A DNA stretch of 28,972 nucleotides from Gemmatimonadota bacterium. Its GTDB lineage: Bacteria; Latescibacterota; UBA2968; UBA8231. Of the stretch, positions 21,789-28,972 are shown one piece after another (positions within the stretch are counted from its first letter, which is position 1; every line of letters begins with the position of its first letter). The stretch is taken from positions 1-28,972 of the forward strand of contig JAYOYH010000055.1 of NCBI GenBank assembly GCA_038153405.1. The letters are read 5' to 3'. The notes beneath the pieces were generated by a model, which was not told the DNA's origin, did no database searches, and worked only from the letters and a program-made list of their open reading frames with translations. Made by a program: the position numbers and the translations under genes.

Positions 21789-23006
21789 ATGTTAAACAGG
21801 GCGCTGCTGTGGGCGATTGCACTCGCCGCGCTATCTACTGCCGCCGTCGAGAGCCAGACTCAACTGCCGCCCATTGAGGGCTTTGAGGCGTTTGACACGC
21901 CCAGCGATGCTGGGGGCAGCATTACGTTAGTGTGGCCTCGCATCGCCGATGCGCCGGCGGGTTCGACCTATCGGGCGTTTATCGCAGCAAAGCGCGAGGG
22001 ACCGTACTACTTGGCGGCTGAGGTGTATAGCAATGCCAATTTACAGTCCGAAGATCCAGGGGCATTTGGCTACGGCGACGAGGCGAAAGCCGCCCACTTT
22101 TTGCGCATCGCACAGTATGAGACAGGCGCTGGCATGGCGTCGTTAGAAAATGGTGCGACCTATCACGTGCGCCTGGAATTGCATCACGGCAAGGTCTCGA
22201 CGCGCACGGCAGTAATTACCGCTGTCGCCGAGGGCAACTATTTCAACTGGGAAAAGCTGAACAACGCCGCACTCGGCGTGCTCTTATCGGTGCTCATCAT
22301 CGGCTACATCAGCTTGGCGCGGCGCCGCGCGCTATATATCCGTCGCATTGGCGGCTTGGAGGCGCTCGACGAGGCGCTAGGACGAGCAACGGAGATGGGC
22401 AAGCCGGTGCTCTTTATACACGGCCTGCGCGATATGAGCCAAATTTCGACCATTGCCGCCGTCAACATTCTCGGGCGCGTGGCCCGGCGAACGGCTGAAT
22501 ACGATACGGCTCTGCGCGTGGTCGCCCCCGACCCCGTCGTGATGTCTGTCAGCCAGGAGACGGTGCAGGCCTCGTATTTTGAAGCCGGTCGCCCCGACGC
22601 GTTTAATCCCGATCACGTATTTGTCGCCGGCACCGAACAGTTTAGCTATGCGGCGGCTACCGAGGGCATTATGGTTCGCGAGCGGCCGGCCGCCCACATA
22701 ATGATGGGCTATTTCTACGCCGAGTCGCTGCTGCTGGCCGAGACCGGCTCGACGACGGGGGCGATTCAAATCGCCGGCACGGACGCCTTCACGCAATTGC
22801 CGTTCTTCGTGACGACCTGCGACTATACGCTGCTCGGCGAAGAGCTCTATGCAGCCAGCGCCTACCTGTCGCGCGAACCCAAACTGCTGGGCAGTCTAAA
22901 GGGACAGGATGCGGGCAAGGCGATACTGATCGTCGTTATCGTCGCAGGAGCGCTGCTGGCGACGCTCGATATTCCGTTTCTCACTCACTTGTTTACCCCG
23001 CATTGA
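21789..23006 (+). CDS. Membrane protein: signal peptide, FN3-like domain, TM, alpha/beta domain, TM (recalls DUF6754)
   Basis: Signal MLNRALLWAIALAALSTAAVES; FN3-like start P...EAFDTPSDAGGSITLVW; TM followed by RRR; IRRIGGLEALDEALGRATEMGKP...QLPFFVTTCDYTLLGEELYAASAYLS..P; C-terminal TM. The DUF name is from memory and needs verifying. Confidence 0.8.
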   Translation: MLNRALLWAIALAALSTAAVESQTQLPPIEGFEAFDTPSDAGGSITLVWPRIADAPAGSTYRAFIAAKREGPYYLAAEVYSNANLQSEDPGAFGYGDEAKAAHFLRIAQYETGAGMASLENGATYHVRLELHHGKVSTRTAVITAVAEGNYFNWEKLNNAALGVLLSVLIIGYISLARRRALYIRRIGGLEALDEALGRATEMGKPVLFIHGLRDMSQISTIAAVNILGRVARRTAEYDTALRVVAPDPVVMSVSQETVQASYFEAGRPDAFNPDHVFVAGTEQFSYAAATEGIMVRERPAAHIMMGYFYAESLLLAETGSTTGAIQIAGTDAFTQLPFFVTTCDYTLLGEELYAASAYLSREPKLLGSLKGQDAGKAILIVVIVAGALLATLDIPFLTHLFTPH

Positions 23007-23016
23007 GGAGCGCGCG

Positions 23017-23685
23017 ATGATTTTTTTCAGCCGCATGCTGCCCGTAGTGGTCGCCTTTTGCTTTGGTGTATTGGGCATTGGCATTTACTACGTGCCGCAC
23101 GCAGCGGCGCAGAACCTGGAACGCGAGTTGGCTCTGTGGCTGCGCATCGTCTTTGCCTTCTCTTACTTGTTGGGTTTGTACAGCTTGCTCAACCTGCACT
23201 GGCAGCGCATTCGCCAGCGCGTTGCGGGGTGGGGATACAGCGTCGTCGTATACGTCGGTTTTGGCCTTATGATGCTCTTTGTCGTCTACAACGACGGCCA
23301 GGGCCCGTTTGCCGCTCAGGCCGAGGGGACGGCAGCCGAAAACGGCTATCAATGGCTCTTTGAATACGTGCACGTTGCCTGCTCGTCGACCATGTTTTCC
23401 ATTCTCGCCTTTTTTATCGCTTCTGCTGCTTACCGCACCTTTCGCGCACGCACGCCGGAGGCGGCCCTGCTGCTGGTTGCGGCGGTCGTGGTGATGTTGG
23501 GGCGCGTGCCTATCGGCGCCTATATATCCGAATACGTGCCGGCCGCGGCCGATTGGCTGCTCAACGTGCCCAACCTAGCGGCTAAACGCGGCATCTTGTT
23601 GGGCGTGTCATTGGGTGCCATCGCTACCTCGCTGCGCATTATCTTTGGCATTGAGCGCTCCTATTTGGGAGGAGGCGAAGAATGA
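23017..23685 (+). CDS. Hypothetical polytopic membrane protein (~6 TM)
   Basis: RBS GAGGAG. Six hydrophobic segments with basic loops QRIRQR and YRTFRART. C-terminal AAKRGILLG..LG....LRIIFGIER. Confidence 0.85.
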   Translation: MIFFSRMLPVVVAFCFGVLGIGIYYVPHAAAQNLERELALWLRIVFAFSYLLGLYSLLNLHWQRIRQRVAGWGYSVVVYVGFGLMMLFVVYNDGQGPFAAQAEGTAAENGYQWLFEYVHVACSSTMFSILAFFIASAAYRTFRARTPEAALLLVAAVVVMLGRVPIGAYISEYVPAAADWLLNVPNLAAKRGILLGVSLGAIATSLRIIFGIERSYLGGGEE

Positions 23686-24497
23686 TACAGTGGCTGATGA
23701 ATATAGATCGGCGCATTATCTTCATCTTCGTATTTTTCGGCGTCGCGCTGCCCCTCTTGTCCAATGTATTTCTGCCGATAAAGCCCACCCGCGATGTGGT
23801 GGCTGTATACGAGGAGTTAGAGAAAGTAGCCGAAGCCGGCGGCACCGTCCTGCTCAGCTTCTCCTACGGCGCTAGCACCGTGCCAGAGATGCAGCCCATG
23901 GCGCGGGCCATCCTGCGCCACTGCTTTAGCCGCGATATCAAGGTCGTCGCCGTTTGTCTGTGGCCCGAAGCGCCGGGTTTGGCGCAGCAGGTGCTCGAAG
24001 AGATCGGCACGGAATTTGGCAAAACCTATGGCGAGGACTACGCGTTTCTCGGCTACAAACCGGGCAATTTCAGCGTCGTGCTTAATATGGGGCAAGATTT
24101 CCACGACGCCTTTCCGCAGGATAACTGGGGCACTGCCATCGAAGACCTGCCGCTGACGCGCAATTTGCGGACGCTGCGAGACTTCGACTTTGTATTCGAC
24201 CTGGCCGCTGGCGACTCCATTGAGTTTTGGTGGATTCCCTATGGGCAGGAGAAGTACGGCTTTCCCTTTGCCGGCGGCTGCACGGCCGTTATGGCGCCCG
24301 ATCTATTTCCTTTTTTGCAGTCGCGGCAAATGGTGGGGCTCTTGGGAGGATTGGCCGGTGCGGCGGAGTATGAAACGCTGGTCGGCAAGCAGGACAAGGC
24401 GACGGCCGGCATGAGCGCGCAGTCGATGGCCCATCTGATTATCGTCGTATTTATCGTCTTCGGCAACATAGCCTTTTTCCTCTCTCGCCGGCGCTAA
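23682..24497 (+). CDS. Hypothetical membrane protein (TM, alpha/beta domain, TM)
   Basis: ATGA overlap and RBS GGAGGAGG. DRR then N-terminal TM. Motifs EMQPMA, YGEDYAFLGYKPG, GCTAVMAP..FPF.QS.Q..GLLGGL.GAAEYE, MSAQS.AHL. C-terminal TM followed by RRR. Confidence 0.85.
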   Translation: MIQWLMNIDRRIIFIFVFFGVALPLLSNVFLPIKPTRDVVAVYEELEKVAEAGGTVLLSFSYGASTVPEMQPMARAILRHCFSRDIKVVAVCLWPEAPGLAQQVLEEIGTEFGKTYGEDYAFLGYKPGNFSVVLNMGQDFHDAFPQDNWGTAIEDLPLTRNLRTLRDFDFVFDLAAGDSIEFWWIPYGQEKYGFPFAGGCTAVMAPDLFPFLQSRQMVGLLGGLAGAAEYETLVGKQDKATAGMSAQSMAHLIIVVFIVFGNIAFFLSRRR

Positions 24498-24520
24498 TAC
24501 GCAGTCAGGGAGACTCTAAT

Positions 24521-25249
24521 TTGACGCGCGATACCTACATATTTCTGGCTCTGGTGTTGACCTTTGCCTTCGTAAATGGCGTGCTGCTGGCCAACGGTTC
24601 CCTCGCCGCCGATTGGAATAGCTTAGGCATTATGGTCGCCGCCGGTCTGACGCTGGCACTCTACAGTTTTCTCTACAAGGACAATCCGCTGTTTAAGGCC
24701 GCAGAAAATATCTACGTTGGCGTTGCAGCAGCGTATGTCTTTGGTCAGTACTGGTATCAGACGATCTACGGTGAAATTTTTGTTCGGCTGAAAGCGCTGG
24801 GCGGGGAAGACAGTACGCAGGGCGACTGGTGGCTGTTGGCGCCCACTCTGCTGGGGCTGCTGATGCTGACGCGCTTCTCGCGGCGCTTCGGTTGGCTGAG
24901 TCGCTTCTCCTTTGCTTTCTTCGTTGGGCTGGGAGCCGGGCTGACGATACCGCGCACTATTTCTTCCTTTATACTGGCGCAGATTGAGCCGACGCTGCAG
25001 CCGCTGAGTTGGAGCGTCGAAGGCCTGAACCTGCTGATTATTTTGGTCGGCGTGGTCGCTGTACTCGTCTATTTTTTCTTCTCGGTAGAGCACTCCGGCG
25101 TCGTGGGCAAGGTGTCGCGCGTGGGTATATGGTTTCTCATGGTTTCGTTTGGCGCCTCGTTCGGCTACACGATAATGGCTAGGCTGTCCCTGCTGATCGG
25201 ACGCGTCACATTTCTTCTAGATGACTGGCTTCATTTGATGACAAATTGA
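24521..25249 (+). CDS. Hypothetical polytopic membrane protein (~7 TM)
   Basis: TTG start after RBS AGGGAG. Motifs LTLALYSFLYKDNPLFK.AE.IYVG, YFFFS.EH.G, FGASFGYTIMAR.SLLIGR..FL..WL. Confidence 0.85.
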   Translation: MTRDTYIFLALVLTFAFVNGVLLANGSLAADWNSLGIMVAAGLTLALYSFLYKDNPLFKAAENIYVGVAAAYVFGQYWYQTIYGEIFVRLKALGGEDSTQGDWWLLAPTLLGLLMLTRFSRRFGWLSRFSFAFFVGLGAGLTIPRTISSFILAQIEPTLQPLSWSVEGLNLLIILVGVVAVLVYFFFSVEHSGVVGKVSRVGIWFLMVSFGASFGYTIMARLSLLIGRVTFLLDDWLHLMTN

Positions 25250-25317
25250 TATTTTACAATTACTTACTCAATCTATTCGACGTGCGCGAGCACGTGTTGA
25301 GTAGCAGACATCGCGTT

Positions 25318-25343
25318 ATGGGGGATAGAGGTCCCATTTTTTT
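25318..25343 (+). terminator. Possible weak intrinsic terminator ending the membrane-protein operon
   Basis: ATGGGG-loop-TCCCAT followed by a T-run. It is preceded by a second hairpin, TACTCAA..ACGTGC-GCGA-GCACGT.TTGAGTA (25265-25303). Confidence 0.45.
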
Positions 25344-25440
25344 CATTGAATTTTTTTAAAAAATTGCCATCTTCTACTAACTTTTGACAAATAATTTAGT
25401 ATCAAACAGAAAGGGAAAATCGCTTTCTCTATTCCCTCCG

Positions 25441-25617
25441 TCAGACCAACATCGTTTCACGTGGGCGATGTGACCGCAGTCTGGCCCCCGCTCTCTTGGC
25501 TAATGTGTAGGGCCGCGCCGAGGAGTGTTGCCTGAAGACTAGGGCCGCTAGACGGATAGTCCGCATATCAACAACTACCCGTGATCTACACTTACTCCTG
25601 TCAGAAAGGAGAATTGC
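25441..25617 (+). promoter_or_regulatory. Structured 5' leader of the TonB-dependent receptor gene (candidate cis-regulatory RNA)
   Basis: Several stems are present. Anti-SD CTCCT (25595-25599) can pair with the RBS AGGAG (25607-25611) or with an upstream AGGAGT (25521-25526). Confidence 0.4.
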
Positions 25618-28600
25618 ATGACTAAGCTCCAAGGGGTTTTACGCGTCTTGACGTCGCTTTGCATGCTTTGGGCGTTTTCAGCGGTGCCCACCGCTGATGC
25701 GGCCAGCGCAGGCAAGATCGTCGGCGTTGTTACCGATGCGAACACGGGAGATCCACTCCCGAACGCCAACGTGCAGCTCGTTGGTGCAGATATGGGAACG
25801 ATTGCCGACGAAGAAGGCCGTTTCGTCATCATCAACGTTCCCGCTGGCACCTACACCCTGCGCGCAACGTACATCGGGTACACGGCGTTGCAGATCCAAA
25901 ATTTGCGCGTTGCTACGGGACTGACTTCGGAAGTCGAAGTGGCCATGTCCTCTTCCGATATACAGGTCGAAGAAGTCATCATTAAGGCTGAGCGTCCCAT
26001 CATCGACAAGAATGCGACCAACGCGGTGCGCATTATCGGTGCCGAGGATTTGGAAGCGCTGCCGACGCGCAGCACGACGGAGGTCGTGGCGCTGCAGCCA
26101 GGCGTAGTCCTGCAAGACGGCGCACTGCACGTGCGCGGCTCGCGTTCGGACGAAATCGCTTACTACATTGAGGGCACCAGCACGCGCAACCCCGTAACCG
26201 GTGGCAGCGCGGCCGAGTTGATCAACGAAGCCATCGAAGAAATTCAGGTGCAGGCCGGCGGTTTTAACGCCGAATACGGCGGTGCTACGGCGGGTGTTGT
26301 TACGCGCCAGTTGCGCACCGGTGGCACCGAGTGGGAATTCAGCCTACAGAGCGAACTCGATAACGGCGCGGCCGATTACGAGCAGCGCTTTGGCGCGTAT
26401 AACTACGGCTACCAGAACTTGGTGGCCACCGCCGGTGGACCGGTTGGTCCGCTGCGCCTCTTCACCGCCATACAGCGAGAGACGATTGATTCGCCGCCGA
26501 TTTTCTGGGACGGATTCTCGCTCTACAACCTGCAGGATACGGGTGATCGCGGCGGTCGCGTCCACTGGGCCGACCAGGATACGCCGGATCGCATCGATAC
26601 GCTGAGCGTTCAGGACGGCAATATCGCCAATAGCGCCAGCAGCGTGGGCCGTCTCAACACGACGCTGCTCTGGGATCTGAGCCCGATTCAGCTCAAGCTG
26701 ACGCACGTGTATGCACAGAGCGAGGGCGAGAGCAGCGGCTTGCCCATTCGCAACATCTTTAACACGGAGCGCTTGGGCGAGTCGAAGAGCACGCAGAACA
26801 TGTTCAGCTTGAAGGCGACGCACTTGATTTCGGCCAGCACGGTCTACGATCTGACGCTGTCCTACTTGAAGAACGAGTCCGAAAGTTACGATCCGTACTT
26901 TGAGGACAACTTCCTGCTCTACAGCGATAGCACGGCCGTCGCCGGCATCAATCCGGACTTCGTCGCCTTTACGCGCGCCGGTTCGGGACCGCGCGAATAC
27001 GACTTCAATGGCTTTCCGTTCACGCGTCCAGGTGCTACGATGACTGGTTACGGCAAGAGCACGGATGGTTATATCGGCCTATCGGGTAGCATCACCAATC
27101 AGGGCGATGTGCATCAGCTGAAAGCCGGTTTCGACTATCAGGCTTGGGAAGCGCGCCGTTTTAGCATTGGTGGATTGGGCTCGATTCGCAACCAGATCAA
27201 CCTTTCGCATCCGGAGCTCGAAGCCGTTTACGAGAGCTATTACAAGGGCAATATCAGCGACGACAATCTGCTCAACGAGATGGTCAAGGCCGCTGAAGCC
27301 GCTGGCAAGCTTGAGGACCTGCAGCGCCTGATTCGCCAGAACAGCCGCGGCGATTTCTTCGGCTACGACGAGTTTGGCCGCGAGCAGGACGGCGGTGGCT
27401 CGTTGGGCGGCGATTTGGAAGCCCCGCGCAAGCCGGTTATGGCTTCTGCCTATCTGCAGGACAAGATTGAGTATCGCGACTTGATCGTGAACGCGGGCAT
27501 CCGCCTCGACTACTTCGACATCGACTCGTGGGACATCGTCAAAGACGACAACGGTCTGGCCACGATCAACCGCGATGAGAACAACTACACGCTGAGAATT
27601 TCGGAAGACGGCAAGACCTATATGACGCCGAGCGAGACGCACACGAAGATTAGCCCGCGTCTCGGTTTCTCCTTCCCGGTCTCCGATCGCACGGTGATGC
27701 ACGTTCAGTACGGCAAGTTTGCCCAGATGCCGGCGCTGCGTCAGGCACTGACTGGCGGTGCGCGCCTGGCCCTCGAAACGGGCGGTCAGAACTTTATCAA
27801 CGCGCCGACCGCGTTCAACTTGGAGCCGATGCACACGACGCAGTACGAAATCGGCTTTGAGCAGCAGTTCACCGATCGCGCGTCCTTCGACATCACGGGT
27901 TTCTACCGCGATATCAAAGGCCAGATCCAACTGCGCAACCAGGCCGTATCGCCGCTGTCGGTGGGCGCTTCGGGCGGCTACAACTTCCTCCAGAACGGCG
28001 ACTTTGCTACCACGCGTGGTATCGAGTTCGTGCTGAAGGTTCGCCGCACGCGCGGTTTGATGACCGAGTTTAACTACACGCTGCAGGATGCGCGCGGCAC
28101 CGGTTCGTCGACGCTGACGGCCGTATCGGGCGTCGAAAACAAGACGAACCTGCCGACGCTGGTCATGCCGCTCGACTTTAACCAGCGCCACAGCGGCAGC
28201 CTGTTGCTCGACTATCGCATCGAGCGCCAGGGCAGCCTGTTGGACCGGTTAAACAGCAGCCTGTTGTTCACCTTCTCTAGCGGTCATAACTACACGTTGG
28301 TGGGCGGTTCGCTCGGTCAGCGCGGACCGCAGGACGGCGCGATCATGGACGACTTTGATCCGCGCTCGCGCAAGCCGCTCGAGGCGATCAACTCGTCGAC
28401 CACGCCGTGGATCTTTGAAACGGATATGCGCATTTCAAAGGCCTTCAGCATAGGCTCCGATCGCAGCGTGAACGTGTTCCTGCGTGCCGACAACCTGTTC
28501 AATCGCAAGAACGTGATCAACGTCTATCGACGCACGGGAACGGCCACCGACGACGGCTTCTTGACCACGCCTGAGTTGAGTGAGCAGATTGTCGCCGCGC

Positions 28601-28731
28601 GCGGCGATGCCTTTGTCGATATGTTCGAGAAGATCAACCTGCAGAATCGCGAACACTACTGGGCGAATCAGGGCGGCGACCTATTTTCCTCGCCGCGTCA
28701 GATTCACCTCGGATTCAGCTTGGACTTCTAA
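25618..28731 (+). CDS. TonB-dependent receptor with N-terminal carboxypeptidase-regulatory-like domain
   Basis: Signal peptide; GKIVGVVTDANTGDPLPNANV...GRFVIINVPAGTY; TonB-box-like EEVII; plug LHVRGSR..YYIEG...IEEIQV.AGGFNAEYG; SPRLGFSFP; C-terminal PRQIHLGFSLDF ending in Phe. RBS AAAGGAG. Confidence 0.93.
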   Translation: MTKLQGVLRVLTSLCMLWAFSAVPTADAASAGKIVGVVTDANTGDPLPNANVQLVGADMGTIADEEGRFVIINVPAGTYTLRATYIGYTALQIQNLRVATGLTSEVEVAMSSSDIQVEEVIIKAERPIIDKNATNAVRIIGAEDLEALPTRSTTEVVALQPGVVLQDGALHVRGSRSDEIAYYIEGTSTRNPVTGGSAAELINEAIEEIQVQAGGFNAEYGGATAGVVTRQLRTGGTEWEFSLQSELDNGAADYEQRFGAYNYGYQNLVATAGGPVGPLRLFTAIQRETIDSPPIFWDGFSLYNLQDTGDRGGRVHWADQDTPDRIDTLSVQDGNIANSASSVGRLNTTLLWDLSPIQLKLTHVYAQSEGESSGLPIRNIFNTERLGESKSTQNMFSLKATHLISASTVYDLTLSYLKNESESYDPYFEDNFLLYSDSTAVAGINPDFVAFTRAGSGPREYDFNGFPFTRPGATMTGYGKSTDGYIGLSGSITNQGDVHQLKAGFDYQAWEARRFSIGGLGSIRNQINLSHPELEAVYESYYKGNISDDNLLNEMVKAAEAAGKLEDLQRLIRQNSRGDFFGYDEFGREQDGGGSLGGDLEAPRKPVMASAYLQDKIEYRDLIVNAGIRLDYFDIDSWDIVKDDNGLATINRDENNYTLRISEDGKTYMTPSETHTKISPRLGFSFPVSDRTVMHVQYGKFAQMPALRQALTGGARLALETGGQNFINAPTAFNLEPMHTTQYEIGFEQQFTDRASFDITGFYRDIKGQIQLRNQAVSPLSVGASGGYNFLQNGDFATTRGIEFVLKVRRTRGLMTEFNYTLQDARGTGSSTLTAVSGVENKTNLPTLVMPLDFNQRHSGSLLLDYRIERQGSLLDRLNSSLLFTFSSGHNYTLVGGSLGQRGPQDGAIMDDFDPRSRKPLEAINSSTTPWIFETDMRISKAFSIGSDRSVNVFLRADNLFNRKNVINVYRRTGTATDDGFLTTPELSEQIVAARGDAFVDMFEKINLQNREHYWANQGGDLFSSPRQIHLGFSLDF

Positions 28732-28784
28732 GCATGAAGAAAACAACGTTGAAATTAATGGAAACCAATATGAGGACGAGCGCG

Positions 28785-28972
28785 ATGAATCGAATAATTC
28801 AGCTTACCGCTCTGATGTCGGTGGTCGCCTTCATCGCCATCGCCGAAGCGCGCGCCCCGCAAGCATCGCGCGGTGCCGCCAAGGTCGCTCAGAGCGAACA
28901 GTTCAACGGCGAAACAGCGCTGATGAACATCAACAATATGTCCATGTGGTTTCGCAGCGACGGTTGGTCGGG
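28785..28972 (+). CDS. Secreted protein, 5' partial (runs off the window)
   Basis: RBS GAGGA then ATG 28785; the frame is also open from ATG 28734. Signal peptide MNRIIQLTALMSVVAFIAIAEA, then ...ALMNINNMSMWFRSDGWS. No stop before the window end. Confidence 0.75.
   Translation, partial: MNRIIQLTALMSVVAFIAIAEARAPQASRGAAKVAQSEQFNGETALMNINNMSMWFRSDGWS

Noticed and set aside
20645..25249. Rnf/Nqr-type respiratory complex (hybrid-motif protein plus membrane subunits)
   Set aside because: There are no Fe-S CxxCxxC motifs or recognisable Rnf/Nqr subunit signatures. The SGAT in the 373-aa protein is in a soluble cytoplasmic context unlike the FMN-binding domains.
25405..25560. Cobalamin riboswitch (AAAGGGAA, next to a 'mutase L' gene and a TBDR), glycine riboswitch (GCGCCGAGGAG) or fluoride riboswitch (GGCGATG)
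   Set aside because: The remaining consensus elements are missing (no GCCACTG/B12 box, no CTCTCAGG, no matching fluoride pseudoknot). AGGGAA simply pairs with TTCCCT at 25432-25437.
27079..28191. 370-aa antisense ORF inside the TBDR gene (similar cases: 8208-9002, 15235-16125, 19035-19916)
   Set aside because: These are shadow ORFs produced by GC-biased codon usage of the sense gene; they have no RBS or recognisable motifs.

Overview
Core-genome window from a GC-rich, diderm bacterium. The secreted proteins and the TonB-receptor style suggest an FCB-superphylum candidate lineage such as Latescibacterota; this is inference. Every supported gene is on the + strand. The window opens with the distal part of an rRNA operon (16S 3' end, tRNA-Ile(GAT), 23S, 5S, terminator). 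Next come an EF-G2-type fusA paralogue, yebC-ruvC-ruvA-ruvB-tsaB-rimI, an orphan MsmX/UgpC-type ABC ATPase, holB, rsmA, an unknown outer-membrane beta-barrel and ilvE. The most interesting part is a tightly coupled, functionally unassigned run at 16257-25249. It encodes an orphan family-5 substrate-binding protein, two small conserved proteins, a GlmL/MutL-like ASKHA ATPase with no glutamate mutase beside it, a nested barrel-sandwich-hybrid/KOW protein, and four membrane proteins that appear to form two pairs of oppositely oriented paralogues. I propose this as a candidate undescribed ATP-linked membrane or transport complex. The window ends with a structured 5' leader that has alternative anti-SD pairings, a 1037-aa TonB-dependent receptor and the start of a secreted partner protein. 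I saw no CRISPR array, transposase or phage gene.
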